Positions 29,712 to 39,089 of a stretch of 64,000 bases of DNA are shown piece by piece. Within the stretch, counting starts at the first letter, position 1. Every line of letters starts with the position of its first letter. A program made the position numbers and the translations under genes. Source of the DNA: Alphaproteobacteria bacterium (GTDB lineage Bacteria; Pseudomonadota; Alphaproteobacteria; UBA7887); assembly GCA_965216755.1 (NCBI GenBank), contig CBDCGL010000011.1, positions 4,576,001 through 4,640,000 of the forward strand, given 5' to 3'. A model generated the notes under the pieces. The model was not told the origin of the DNA. It made no database searches and worked only from the letters and a program-made list of their open reading frames with translations.

Positions 29712-32700
29712 ATGTCAAACGGGAAAGGTATTGGCGGTCTAATCGGGTTACTGACGATACTTGGCTTGATGCTGAGGGTGCCGCAACTCGGTGACACACC
29801 ACTCGATCTTGACGAAGCGTTCAGTCATTGGATGAGTACGCATGCTGTGTCGGCGATATGGGGTAGTTTGACCCTATATGACACCGTGCAACCACTTTAT
29901 CATGTCCTGCTTAAGGGCTGGGCCGCGGTATTCGGTGAAGAACGACGCGGCCTTCGTGCTTTGTCGGTGTTGCTGGGCGGCGGGTTGATACCAATTGTCT
30001 ACGCGGTCGCTCGAAACGTTGGTGGCAAAGGCGTTGGGATCACCGCCGCAGTTTTTGTCACGATATCGCCAATTCACGTGGAGTTTAGCCAACGCGCAGA
30101 GCCACCTGTACTGTTGGTTTTGCTGGTCGGTTGTGCGCTGTTGGCTTTGATGAGGATTATGGGCGCGGCGGATCAGCGACCCGTATTTCCGGGCGGTGAC
30201 AGCGGTGCGTGGTTCGTTTTTGTCGTGTCCGCGTCATTGGCGCTCTTGACCCATCACGCGGCATTGTATTTCTGGTGGTCGTCGCTGCTTGTGATGTTGG
30301 CTTGGGCGTATCGTTGCCCTGATTCTGCCACGCGAATTCAACAAGTCTTGCTGGCCAATTTCCTTATTCTCGTGGTCTGTGCGTTGTGGCTGCCGAGCCT
30401 CATCGATGGCGCACTCGGTGTATCCGGTGCAGATGGTGAGTTTCTGATGGATGCGCGCCAGGCCGGCAAGGCCGTACATGCGATCTATGCGGGCCACACG
30501 CTGGTTGGGCCACACATCTATCGTCCGATTATCGGTATCGCTGTCGGTGTTCTTATATTTGGCGTTGCCGGTTGGGCGATCAGGCGACACGGGCGGTCGG
30601 ACCCACGGCTCTGGCTGCTGGTTGTTGTTGGAGTTTCGGCGCCAATAGCTTTGCTCAGCATTGGCCTACATGCACCGGTGATCGCCATACGTCCCCTATT
30701 CTTGACAGTTGTACCGTTGGTCTTGGTTCTGGCCATGGGCATAGACGCAATGCCGCGCCGTTTCCTGGCCTCCGTCGCGTTTATCGGCGTTGTTACGGTG
30801 AGCGCCTGGGGTGTGTTAGTTTATTTCACTGTTTACGAAAGACCCGCATGGGATCTGGCCGCCGAAACGCTGGCCGCAAAAGCCGAACCCAAGGACCTGG
30901 TTATATTCAGTGCGGCAGCAGGCATTTTGCCCGTTATGTATGCACTGAACCACGGTTCCGCAAATATTGCTTTTGAAACGGTTGACAGTGATGGATTTGT
31001 CGGCGGACTGGGATCATCCGTGACCCACGATACGGCATCGGCGCTGGGCGCCGAGATTGCGCGCCGGCATCGCGTTTGGTTGGTGCGCGCCCGTGACGAT
31101 GTTGTCGACAGTCTTGGGCTCGTGCCGTTCGAGTTTGAACGACGTGGCGCCGTTGCTGATCATATTTCGTTTCCGGGTGTCGAGTTGGTTTTGTATGAGA
31201 TCGGTTCGCAGATAAACTTTTCGCGCCGAAGTTATGAATTGGCTTCGCCGCCGACGGCCATGGCATGGGCCCCCGACGGAGCGCTTTACGTCAGTGAATT
31301 GCTTGGTCCGTTGCACCGATTAACGTTTGAAGAGTCATACGAGGTCGTGTTAGACGACGTGATCGATAGCCTCACGAAAGGTGCGCCTCGGTTGATATTG
31401 GGGCTCGCCATTGATCCGGAGTCGACGCCCCAATCCGTGATTGTATGGGTCTCGCATTCCCACGGCGACGACTATCGTGGTAAACCCAATACAGGCACGA
31501 TCTCGCGATTGTCTGGCCCTGACCTGACCGAGGTGACGCACGTTATCACGGGATTGCCCCGTTCGATGGCCAATCACGCCACCAACGCAATTCATTTTGG
31601 ACCAGATGGTCGCCTATTTATTGCACAGGGCGGCAACACGGGTGCAGGCGCGCCGAACCTTGCCGAATCAGAGTTTGAAGACTTTCCGGAGCAGTTTTTT
31701 TCCGCGGCGCTGTTGGTCGCAGACGTTAAGGATCCCAATTTCAACGGCGATTGCCTCGACAAATCCGATCCGATTCGGTCGGCGCCGTGTGATGTCGACT
31801 TGGTCGCCACCGGCATCCGCAACATGTACGACTTTGTGCATCATTCCAATGGCGCAATCTATGGCGCGGACAATGGGCTCGGGGTCATTGGTTCGTTCCC
31901 CGCCCGCGCCGCGCCACCGTGTGACGGCTTGGCGAGCGCCGAGCCGGTTGTTGACGGCGGGCAGTATCCCGGTGAACAACCTGATCTCCTCTATCGTATT
32001 GAAGATGGCGCATATTACGGTCACCCAAATCCGGCGCGTGACGAGTGCGTATTTGGAGACGGGGCTCTGCAAGGTGTTGCCCCGCTACCAAACTACGTGG
32101 GTCCAATTGCGAATTTGGGCCGGTCACGGTCATCGAACGGGGTCATTGAGTTTGGCGGGCCAGCTTTTTGCAGTGAATTGGCGGGCGATCTAATCCTTGC
32201 AAATTTTGTGACCGGTGACCTCACGCGGGTAAGGCTGGGCCGGGATGGTCTGCCGACACGTATCGGCAGTTTTCTGAAGGATTTTGACTGGCCGTTGCCG
32301 CTTGCCCAAGCAGGCGACGGCGCGGTTTTCGTTGGCGAGTTCGGTGCGTCGTTGCTAACGGTCCTGATCCCCGGAGATGGTTGCTGGCGTAACGATTATG
32401 CGGTTGTGCCAGAACGTATTGCCGATCCTGGCGGGACGATCATTGATGGGCGCATCTATGTGGTTGCGGGTAAGACACCGGCGGGGCCGCAAAGCTGGCT
32501 GCATATCTATGACATCGACTCGAATACGTGGCGACGCGGGCCGGACATGCCTGGAACGGGCGTCGAGGATGCGGCCGTGGTGGCACATCAAGGTCAGGTC
32601 TATGTATTCGGTGGCGCGCCAAAGCCGTTCAGCGGCGCGCTTGACCAGGCATCAGTGTTTGATCCGACGACCGAAACGTGGCGGTTACTCGCCTCTTTAC

Positions 32701-33278
32701 TGCGTCCGCGGTCCGGGGCGGTGGCGCAAGCGCTCAATGGCGAGATTTACGTGGTCGGTGGGATGGACCCAGAAGGCGCGTCGCTGGATACTCTCGATAT
32801 ATACGATCCTGAAAATGATTCATGGCGGCCAGGGCCGTCGATGTCGACCCGCCGCGACAATCCTGGTGCGGCCGTTGTCGAAGGCAAGCTATATGTATTT
32901 GGCGGCCGGACGCGTGAGGCTGATGGGGTGAACAGTCTGGGTGAGTTGGAATCCATTGAGATCTTTGACCCGGTGGCTGGTGCGTGGCATCCCGGTGCGC
33001 CGATGCCCACTGGGCGCCGCCGAATGGTGGTTGGCGTCGATGGCGACCGAATCCGCGTCGTCGGTGGTGAACAGCCGCCCGACGGTTCGGCCTTCGCGGC
33101 CAACGAAGAGTACGACACGACAACCGACACCTGGCGAACATTGGCGCCGTTGCCAACGCCGCGCCATGGCGCGGTCGGGGGCACGACCGACGGTGTCACT
33201 TGGGTTGTCGCCGGCTCACCGGGCCGTGGTATTTTTGCGATCGATGCTGTCGAGAGTTTTTCGCTGGATCCGCACTGA
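29712..33278 (+). CDS. GT-C (PMT/ArnT-like) membrane glycosyltransferase fused to a sugar-dehydrogenase-like beta-propeller and Kelch repeats
   Basis: LDLDEAFS and QPLYHVLL, then about 11 TM helices. Middle region HATNAIHFGPDGRLFIAQGG, ATGIRN, YYGHP. Six Kelch blades of the GRIYVVAG / GQVYVFGG / GEIYVVGG / GKLYVFGG type. Start could lie further upstream. Confidence 0.8.
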   Translation: MSNGKGIGGLIGLLTILGLMLRVPQLGDTPLDLDEAFSHWMSTHAVSAIWGSLTLYDTVQPLYHVLLKGWAAVFGEERRGLRALSVLLGGGLIPIVYAVARNVGGKGVGITAAVFVTISPIHVEFSQRAEPPVLLVLLVGCALLALMRIMGAADQRPVFPGGDSGAWFVFVVSASLALLTHHAALYFWWSSLLVMLAWAYRCPDSATRIQQVLLANFLILVVCALWLPSLIDGALGVSGADGEFLMDARQAGKAVHAIYAGHTLVGPHIYRPIIGIAVGVLIFGVAGWAIRRHGRSDPRLWLLVVVGVSAPIALLSIGLHAPVIAIRPLFLTVVPLVLVLAMGIDAMPRRFLASVAFIGVVTVSAWGVLVYFTVYERPAWDLAAETLAAKAEPKDLVIFSAAAGILPVMYALNHGSANIAFETVDSDGFVGGLGSSVTHDTASALGAEIARRHRVWLVRARDDVVDSLGLVPFEFERRGAVADHISFPGVELVLYEIGSQINFSRRSYELASPPTAMAWAPDGALYVSELLGPLHRLTFEESYEVVLDDVIDSLTKGAPRLILGLAIDPESTPQSVIVWVSHSHGDDYRGKPNTGTISRLSGPDLTEVTHVITGLPRSMANHATNAIHFGPDGRLFIAQGGNTGAGAPNLAESEFEDFPEQFFSAALLVADVKDPNFNGDCLDKSDPIRSAPCDVDLVATGIRNMYDFVHHSNGAIYGADNGLGVIGSFPARAAPPCDGLASAEPVVDGGQYPGEQPDLLYRIEDGAYYGHPNPARDECVFGDGALQGVAPLPNYVGPIANLGRSRSSNGVIEFGGPAFCSELAGDLILANFVTGDLTRVRLGRDGLPTRIGSFLKDFDWPLPLAQAGDGAVFVGEFGASLLTVLIPGDGCWRNDYAVVPERIADPGGTIIDGRIYVVAGKTPAGPQSWLHIYDIDSNTWRRGPDMPGTGVEDAAVVAHQGQVYVFGGAPKPFSGALDQASVFDPTTETWRLLASLLRPRSGAVAQALNGEIYVVGGMDPEGASLDTLDIYDPENDSWRPGPSMSTRRDNPGAAVVEGKLYVFGGRTREADGVNSLGELESIEIFDPVAGAWHPGAPMPTGRRRMVVGVDGDRIRVVGGEQPPDGSAFAANEEYDTTTDTWRTLAPLPTPRHGAVGGTTDGVTWVVAGSPGRGIFAIDAVESFSLDPH

Positions 33279-34429
33279 TGCGTATCGGTTATCTTCATGA
33301 TTTGGACAGTGGCCAGCCAACATCAGGCGGAGCCATCCACGTTCGTAATTTGGTTGGAAAATTGGTGGCGCAAGGCCATAATGTTCATACATATGATTGT
33401 GAGACAAATAGATTATGTACAGTGTATCGGAGCGACTCACAGGGCATGGACGCTCTGCTTGCGAATATTGATGTTCTATATGTGCGCATTGATGGAACGT
33501 TTATCCATCAGGAACCCCTAATCCTTTCAACAATGGAGCGGCGCGGTCCAATTCCGATGGTATGGGAAGTCAACGCACCCGCGGAGGAGGAACTGTTGCG
33601 GCACCAGCAGGAGATCTTGCGGTCGGGGCTGCGAAAAAACCTGACACAACGGTGGCGGCGACAAGCTTTGAACAAGCGTATCGCGCTTGAAAACGACACA
33701 CGGCGTCGCTTGGCGTCTTCCGTGCGGGCGGCGATTTGCATGTCAGACGCCTCAAGGGATTACGCGGTCGAAGACTTGGGGGTCGACCGTGCGATTGTCA
33801 TACCTAACGGTGGTGATCCGGAGATGTTTAGCCCAGAAAGGGCAAATCATAGCTTTTATTCGCAATTTGGAAACGCGTTTCGGGTTGTCTACGCGGGCGA
33901 CTCGAGGTGGCCTTGGCAGCCGTTCGACACGATTTCGCAAGTCGCCGAGCTGGCGCATAGCGTTCGTGCCGATGTGCAATTTATTGTCCTCGATAACGCG
34001 CCGAGCGTGACGCCGAGAATGCCAAAGAATGTCAGCGTGTACGCGCGCATTCCCTACGAGGAGGCGTCGGCCTATATCGCGGGCGCGGATTTGGCATTAT
34101 GTCTTTATCGCGATGTCGCGAAGCTCAAGCACGGCTTCCATCTTTCGCCGCTGAAATTGTTCGACTACATGGCCTCCGGTCTTCCAGTTGTGGGATCGCG
34201 TTTGGGCCAAATTGCGCAGATCATTGAGGAAGGCGAGACCGGTTGGCTCGTCGACGACGAGCCGCTCGAGATCTATCACGCCATATCCGAGGCTCAGAAG
34301 AATCCCATACGCGCCGCGTCAATGGGCGCTGCCGGTCGCGCGCGTGTCATGGCACAACATACATGGTCGCATGTTGCCGAGAAAACGGCGGCGGTTCTAG
34401 CGCGGGCCGTTGACGAGAACGGGACGTAA
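33278..34429 (+). CDS. Glycosyltransferase family 4
   Basis: GGAIHV, VIPNGGD, SPLKLFDYMASGLPVV. Confidence 0.9.
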   Translation: MRIGYLHDLDSGQPTSGGAIHVRNLVGKLVAQGHNVHTYDCETNRLCTVYRSDSQGMDALLANIDVLYVRIDGTFIHQEPLILSTMERRGPIPMVWEVNAPAEEELLRHQQEILRSGLRKNLTQRWRRQALNKRIALENDTRRRLASSVRAAICMSDASRDYAVEDLGVDRAIVIPNGGDPEMFSPERANHSFYSQFGNAFRVVYAGDSRWPWQPFDTISQVAELAHSVRADVQFIVLDNAPSVTPRMPKNVSVYARIPYEEASAYIAGADLALCLYRDVAKLKHGFHLSPLKLFDYMASGLPVVGSRLGQIAQIIEEGETGWLVDDEPLEIYHAISEAQKNPIRAASMGAAGRARVMAQHTWSHVAEKTAAVLARAVDENGT

Positions 34430-34440
34430 AGTGCGCCGGA

Positions 34441-34956
34441 TCAATGGGCATCGACCCTGGGCAAGCGCCCCTCGGTGACCATGACGCGGAGTTCGTCGCA
34501 CGGCAATTTGCCTTCGGAGAATCCGGGCACATAGGTGTCGATGTCCTTCGAGAGCGATTGATCCTCGAGCGTGCGCACGTGGACAAAGCTTTCGACAGCG
34601 GCGCGTGTTAGCTCATAGGATTTCTCGTCATCTAGGTAAGTGCGCCAGGTGACTTGGATGTGCATACGCGCGCGCTCGTCGTCGAGGTCTCTTGGAACAT
34701 CGTGAAACATGGCTTCAAACCACCTGTGACGCATTCGTCCGAAGGGCTCGCCGCGCATCTGAAGCGCATCAGACGCCGGCAACTCAAAATCCCGATGGCG
34801 CGCTTCGGTGAAACGGTAGAATCCGTTAGCGGTACAAATCGGTTCGAAAAAGACAAGGGGATGATACAAGAAGTAGTCGATGTTGCGATAGAAGGAAAAC
34901 CCCAATACGACCAGAAGCAGCACAATCGTTGTGCGTCTTGTGATTTTCGTGTTCAT
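34441..34956 (-). CDS. Array protein B3: membrane-anchored 2-Cys protein, putative immunity
   Basis: N-terminal TM helix, PLVFFEPIC, conserved tail LDDEKSYELTRAAV...GKLPCDELR; paralog of 35563 and 36669. Confidence 0.75.
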   Translation of the reverse strand: MNTKITRRTTIVLLLVVLGFSFYRNIDYFLYHPLVFFEPICTANGFYRFTEARHRDFELPASDALQMRGEPFGRMRHRWFEAMFHDVPRDLDDERARMHIQVTWRTYLDDEKSYELTRAAVESFVHVRTLEDQSLSKDIDTYVPGFSEGKLPCDELRVMVTEGRLPRVDAH

Positions 34957-35017
34957 CGGATGTCGCGGTTCGTGTGATGGCGGATGGACGAAGTCTTGGC
35001 GATCACGAGGGCAACCC

Positions 35018-35488
35018 TTATTTTGGCGGGATCTTCTCGCCGAAACGCGCCATGGCACCCATGGCGGGGCAGGAGATGAATGAATGGGGTTGGCCGCGGA
35101 GGTCGGGCAGCTGCTGATGGCAATTGTGTGGTGTTTCCCACGGCGCGCGGTCTGCCGCAAACAGAAATACATTGATGATTTCGTCTGTGTACATACCGAG
35201 ATGGTCACGACTCTGCACATAGGACCGGCGCACATGGAGTTCGCCATCTTTGCGCTTTTGCGCAAATGAAGCTCCAATACAGTGTTGAAATGTGTCGACC
35301 GCGGCGCGGTTGAACTCCGGGTGGAACGGCGGTTCCACTTTTTTTGAGCCGGCATTGCGCCAACCGTCGCAGGCCGGCGTAAACGGTGTTACGTGAAACT
35401 GTGTTCCGATGACTGCGTTGATGGTCATGGAGACGGCCAAAATGAGGGCAATGATAGCGATGGAAACGTACTCAATCCTTTTGGTCAT
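35018..35488 (-). CDS. Array protein A3: membrane-anchored 4-Cys protein, putative immunity
   Basis: TM helix then VIGTQF, PFTPAC, PFHPEFNRAAVD, KDGELHV, NVFLFAA; paralog of 36103 and 37236. Confidence 0.75.
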   Translation of the reverse strand: MTKRIEYVSIAIIALILAVSMTINAVIGTQFHVTPFTPACDGWRNAGSKKVEPPFHPEFNRAAVDTFQHCIGASFAQKRKDGELHVRRSYVQSRDHLGMYTDEIINVFLFAADRAPWETPHNCHQQLPDLRGQPHSFISCPAMGAMARFGEKIPPK

Positions 35489-35562
35489 GGGCGATCCACT
35501 GTCGGTGAGCAGAAGGTCCTCGTGTTGTCCACGGTGCAGTGCCTAAGCTGGTGTTGGCGTGT

Positions 35563-36063
35563 TCATGGCAATCGCCCCTCGGTGACCATGATGCGGAGTT
35601 CGTCGCACGGCAATTTGCCTTCGGAGAATCCGGGCACATAGGTGTCGATATCCTTCGAGAGCGATTGGTCCTCGAGCGTTCGCACATGGACAAAGCTTTC
35701 AACTGCGGCACGCGTTAGCTCGTACGACTTTTCATCATCCAGGTAAGCCCGCCAGGTGAGTTGGATTTGGTTGGTCAACCGCTTGCCGTCAAATTCTTGG
35801 GGCACATCGAATATCATGGCCTTAAACCAATCTCGGCGCATGTGTCCGAATGCCTCGCCGCGCATCTGCAACATATCAGAGGTGGGCAGTACGAACTTTC
35901 GGTGGTGGGTTTCAACGATGCGATGAAGCTTGTTGTCGTTGCAGATCGGTTCGAAGAAAACAAGCGGATGGTAATTGAAGTAGTCCATATTGCGGTAGAG
36001 CGAAAACAGCGATAAAATCGAAAGTATAACAATCGTAATATATCTTGTGATTGTCGTATTCAT
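35563..36063 (-). CDS. Array protein B2
   Basis: Same motifs as B3. Confidence 0.75.
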   Translation of the reverse strand: MNTTITRYITIVILSILSLFSLYRNMDYFNYHPLVFFEPICNDNKLHRIVETHHRKFVLPTSDMLQMRGEAFGHMRRDWFKAMIFDVPQEFDGKRLTNQIQLTWRAYLDDEKSYELTRAAVESFVHVRTLEDQSLSKDIDTYVPGFSEGKLPCDELRIMVTEGRLP

Positions 36064-36102
36064 GAAATGCCAGCCCTCTCGCTATGCTGGTGGATGGGAT
36101 AT

Positions 36103-36594
36103 TCAATAGTCCGAAAACGATCCTTTTTTCGGTGCGACCTTTTTTCCGTGTCGCGCCATGGTGCGTATCGCCCCACAGGAGATGAAGGGACCATAGTGAC
36201 CGCGAAGCTCAGGGAGTCGTGTGTTGCAGTTGTGTGGGGCTTGCCAAGGCGAACGTTCCGCCGCAAACAGAAATACATTCACGATTTCGTCTGTGTCCAT
36301 CATGCGATTATCGCGATGTCGAACGAAGGACCGCGGTAAATGCAATTCGCCATCTTTGTGTTTTTGCGCAAATGGACCATCGAAACAATGCTGGTACGTG
36401 TCAATAGCGGCGCGGTTGAATTCGGGATGAAATGGCAGCGCTATTCTTTCTGGCATTTTGCCTCCCCATTCTTCGCATCGCGGCATAAAAGGAACGGTGT
36501 GAAACTGCGTGCCAATGACAACGTTGATGGTCATGGAGACAGCCAATATGAAGGCAACAAAAACAATCGAGACGTACTGAGATTTCTTGGTCAT
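36103..36594 (-). CDS. Array protein A2
   Basis: Same motifs as A3. Confidence 0.75.
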   Translation of the reverse strand: MTKKSQYVSIVFVAFILAVSMTINVVIGTQFHTVPFMPRCEEWGGKMPERIALPFHPEFNRAAIDTYQHCFDGPFAQKHKDGELHLPRSFVRHRDNRMMDTDEIVNVFLFAAERSPWQAPHNCNTRLPELRGHYGPFISCGAIRTMARHGKKVAPKKGSFSDY

Positions 36595-36668
36595 GGGAGA
36601 TCCATCGTTGGTTGGCAGAACGTCCTCGTGTTGTCCACGGTGCAGTGCCTAAGCTGGTGTTGGCGTGT

Positions 36669-37169
36669 TCATGGCAATCGCCCCTCGGTGACCATGATGC
36701 GGAGTTTGTCGCAGGGCAACTTGCCTTCGGAGAATCCGGGCAGATAGGTGTCGATATCCTTAGAGAGCGATTGATCCTCGAGCGTTTGCACATAGACAAA
36801 GCTTCTGACAGCGGCGCGTGTTAGTTCATAGGACTTCTCATCGTCCAAAAAAATTTTCCAGGTCAACCGTATCTGCTCCGGTTGATACATGTAGATGATT
36901 CTGTAAATGGCACTCTCAAACATCGTTCTGAACCGATTTCCGCGCATATGCGCAAATGTTTCGCCGCGTTCCTGGAACGCGTCGGAAGTCGGTCGAACGA
37001 AGTTCCTATGGTGGGCGTCGGTAATCCGCTTATATCCGCTATCAGTACAGATCGGTTCAAACAAAACCAATGGCAGCTCGTTGAGATGTTGCACGTTCCG
37101 GTGGAGCGAAAATGCGAGGAAAATCGCGAGTACCATGATGCATAACGTTCTCGTGAACCGTGTACTCAT
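36669..37169 (-). CDS. Array protein B1
   Basis: Same motifs as B3. Confidence 0.75.
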   Translation of the reverse strand: MSTRFTRTLCIMVLAIFLAFSLHRNVQHLNELPLVLFEPICTDSGYKRITDAHHRNFVRPTSDAFQERGETFAHMRGNRFRTMFESAIYRIIYMYQPEQIRLTWKIFLDDEKSYELTRAAVRSFVYVQTLEDQSLSKDIDTYLPGFSEGKLPCDKLRIMVTEGRLP

Positions 37170-37235
37170 AGCGTACTATCTATAGATGTCGTTTTTTGGT
37201 GAAGCCGTTCGTCCGGAGTTTGCGGGAATGCCAAG

Positions 37236-37730
37236 CTACTGCGCGTCTAAATGTTGGCCGCGACGGACAACAGCATCTATTGCCGCGCAATAGTGGTCGC
37301 CATCCGTTCGACCTGCCACGGCGGGCGGCATACTGCTGCACTTATGCGATGAATAAGATGGTCCGCGATCGGGCGCATAGAGGAATACGTTTAGGATAAA
37401 GTTTGTTATGCGATGTCTTGCTTCAAGGTCTTTTGAATGTATGGGAACAACGTGGAGTTCACCGTCTTTGCCCATTTGGGCAAACGACCCGCCAAGGCAA
37501 TACTGGAGTGCGTCGACGGCGGCCTGATTAAACGTCGGATGAAACGGCAACTCGATATCATCTGGAACTTCACCGCGTCGCAACTCGCAATAGGGCATGA
37601 ATGGTGCCACCGGAAATTGTGTGCCGATGACGGCGTTGAACAGCATGGACCCGGCGAGAAGCACGGTCAGAACGACGATTGCGATATGTGCGGTTTTTTT
37701 CGGCACGGCTGAACTAGTCGGGTTGTTCAA
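37236..37730 (-). CDS. Array protein A1, directly downstream of the putative toxin
   Basis: Same motifs as A3, most divergent copy; start TTG 37730 or GTG 37706. Confidence 0.75.
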   Translation of the reverse strand: MNNPTSSAVPKKTAHIAIVVLTVLLAGSMLFNAVIGTQFPVAPFMPYCELRRGEVPDDIELPFHPTFNQAAVDALQYCLGGSFAQMGKDGELHVVPIHSKDLEARHRITNFILNVFLYAPDRGPSYSSHKCSSMPPAVAGRTDGDHYCAAIDAVVRRGQHLDAQ

Positions 37731-39054
37731 TCCATTGAAATTGCGGGTTGGTAAATTTGCCGTTGACTCGCTGGACCGAGCCGGTCACGCGCTCGCGCCA
37801 ACTTGATTTAATGTCGAAGGGTGCACCAAGGCCGTAGATTTGAAGCATGTTGCCCTGCTCGGCCGAAATGCCTTTATTGTCGAAATTGAAGGTGTCCTCG
37901 AATTCGAACAGGACGTCACCGTCGATATGGTAGTGCTGGCCCCGTCGTGTCACGCTGAAATCACCGCTCGACTTGAGCTTCGCGCTCTTGAAGGCGAGGT
38001 AATAGTCGCGATCGCTTATTGCCTGAAAGGGGTTGCGATAAGGGTCTCGATCCCAGTGATCGGATATGTCAATAGTGTCGCCATCGCGCAGGCTCTTGAG
38101 TTTGTTTTCAAACAACAGTTTAGTTCCCGCGGCCTTGCCGCGATCATCGTCATCACGTTTCAACTGAAAGCCGAGAACGAACCGATTCCTGTTTTTCTGA
38201 GCCGCCTCTTGGACCGGCTCGTAGGATCGAATCATTTGGGACGGTAGGGCAATGTTTCGATCTTTTCGTGGAAGCTGCGCAGCGTCCAAGAAGTGTCGGG
38301 TCAAACGGCCGAGCATGGGCATGCCGAAAGACGCGGCGGTGTCGGCAATGAAGTTGAATTGACGATGTGCAGTTCCAAGCTCGGTGTCCGGACCGTGAAG
38401 ATCCGACAGAAAGACGCCAGAGGGGGATCGATGGGGCTCCGCGGGTCCCGAATAGTGTGCCGCCGCCCGCAGCACATCGTTTAAATCATCGCCGGGCGCG
38501 TCGTTTTCACGGACATTGCGGATGCCCTGACGATTTGCAGCAACGCCGGGCGTGGGCGGGCCGTAATTGGGATTATTGTCCGCCTCCGGTAGGTTGTAGC
38601 GAACGGCATCATAGATCGTGTCGTTGCGCGACGGCTCATTGAGCGGGAAGGGCCGGAGCGGCGGTGATGGCTTCGGCGGCGCAATTTCCGGGTGCAATAT
38701 GGGCGACGGTTCAAAAAGTCCGTTGCCAACAGAACCAAACTGCGAATTGACGGGCGCCAACTGTGCCAAGGCCCGGAGTGGAAAGGGCGGCGGGCCCAAG
38801 GGCGCGGCGGCAAAGTGCGCTGTAAATGGATTTGGTGGCAGAGGCGCGGCACCGGCGACCGGCCGTGCCGGCGTGGGATTCGATAGCGGAGCGGGTTTGC
38901 GCGGCGGTCGTGCGGGATCTGGCGCGGCAGATGTTCGGTGTTCGAGTTCCGCCAATACCTCACGAATCGTCTGCTCGATTTCTTGGGAACGCGTAAGTTT
39001 CGGCTGTCTGCCATGCGGCTCTTGCTGCCGCTCGGAGATCGATCGTATAGCCAT
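37714..39054 (-). CDS. Pro-rich protein with colicin-M-like C-terminal domain (putative toxin)
   Basis: Low-complexity Pro-rich N-half; LTRHFLD...KLKSSGDFSVTRRGQHYHIDGDVLFEFEDTFNFD...GAPFDI resembles the ColM catalytic-domain layout by eye; ORF solid, function inferred. Confidence 0.55.
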   Translation of the reverse strand: MAIRSISERQQEPHGRQPKLTRSQEIEQTIREVLAELEHRTSAAPDPARPPRKPAPLSNPTPARPVAGAAPLPPNPFTAHFAAAPLGPPPFPLRALAQLAPVNSQFGSVGNGLFEPSPILHPEIAPPKPSPPLRPFPLNEPSRNDTIYDAVRYNLPEADNNPNYGPPTPGVAANRQGIRNVRENDAPGDDLNDVLRAAAHYSGPAEPHRSPSGVFLSDLHGPDTELGTAHRQFNFIADTAASFGMPMLGRLTRHFLDAAQLPRKDRNIALPSQMIRSYEPVQEAAQKNRNRFVLGFQLKRDDDDRGKAAGTKLLFENKLKSLRDGDTIDISDHWDRDPYRNPFQAISDRDYYLAFKSAKLKSSGDFSVTRRGQHYHIDGDVLFEFEDTFNFDNKGISAEQGNMLQIYGLGAPFDIKSSWRERVTGSVQRVNGKFTNPQFQWIEQPD

Positions 39055-39089
39055 GATCAGTATCCAATAAAAAAGGCATATAACAACGT

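Larger units (their letters stand above)
34460..36868. repeat. Triplicated ~200-bp block, period 1107/1106 bp
   Basis: Copies start at 34460, 35567 and 36673; 85-bp exact repeat at 35516-35600 and 36622-36706. Confidence 0.9.

Noticed and set aside
34454-34462. CCCTGGGCA match to the tRNA-Phe 3' end as a possible attR
   Set aside because: Only 9 bp, inside a coding region, expected by chance in GC-rich DNA
34957-35355. 304-aa ORF 34441..35355 as one gene
   Set aside because: Its 5' part is an alternate frame over A3; paralogy places the B3 start at 34956
34441-37730. Repeats as CRISPR array, DGR or integron cassettes
   Set aside because: Units are 1.1-kb coding duplications; no cas, reverse transcriptase, integrase, adenine-specific variation or attC-like palindromes seen
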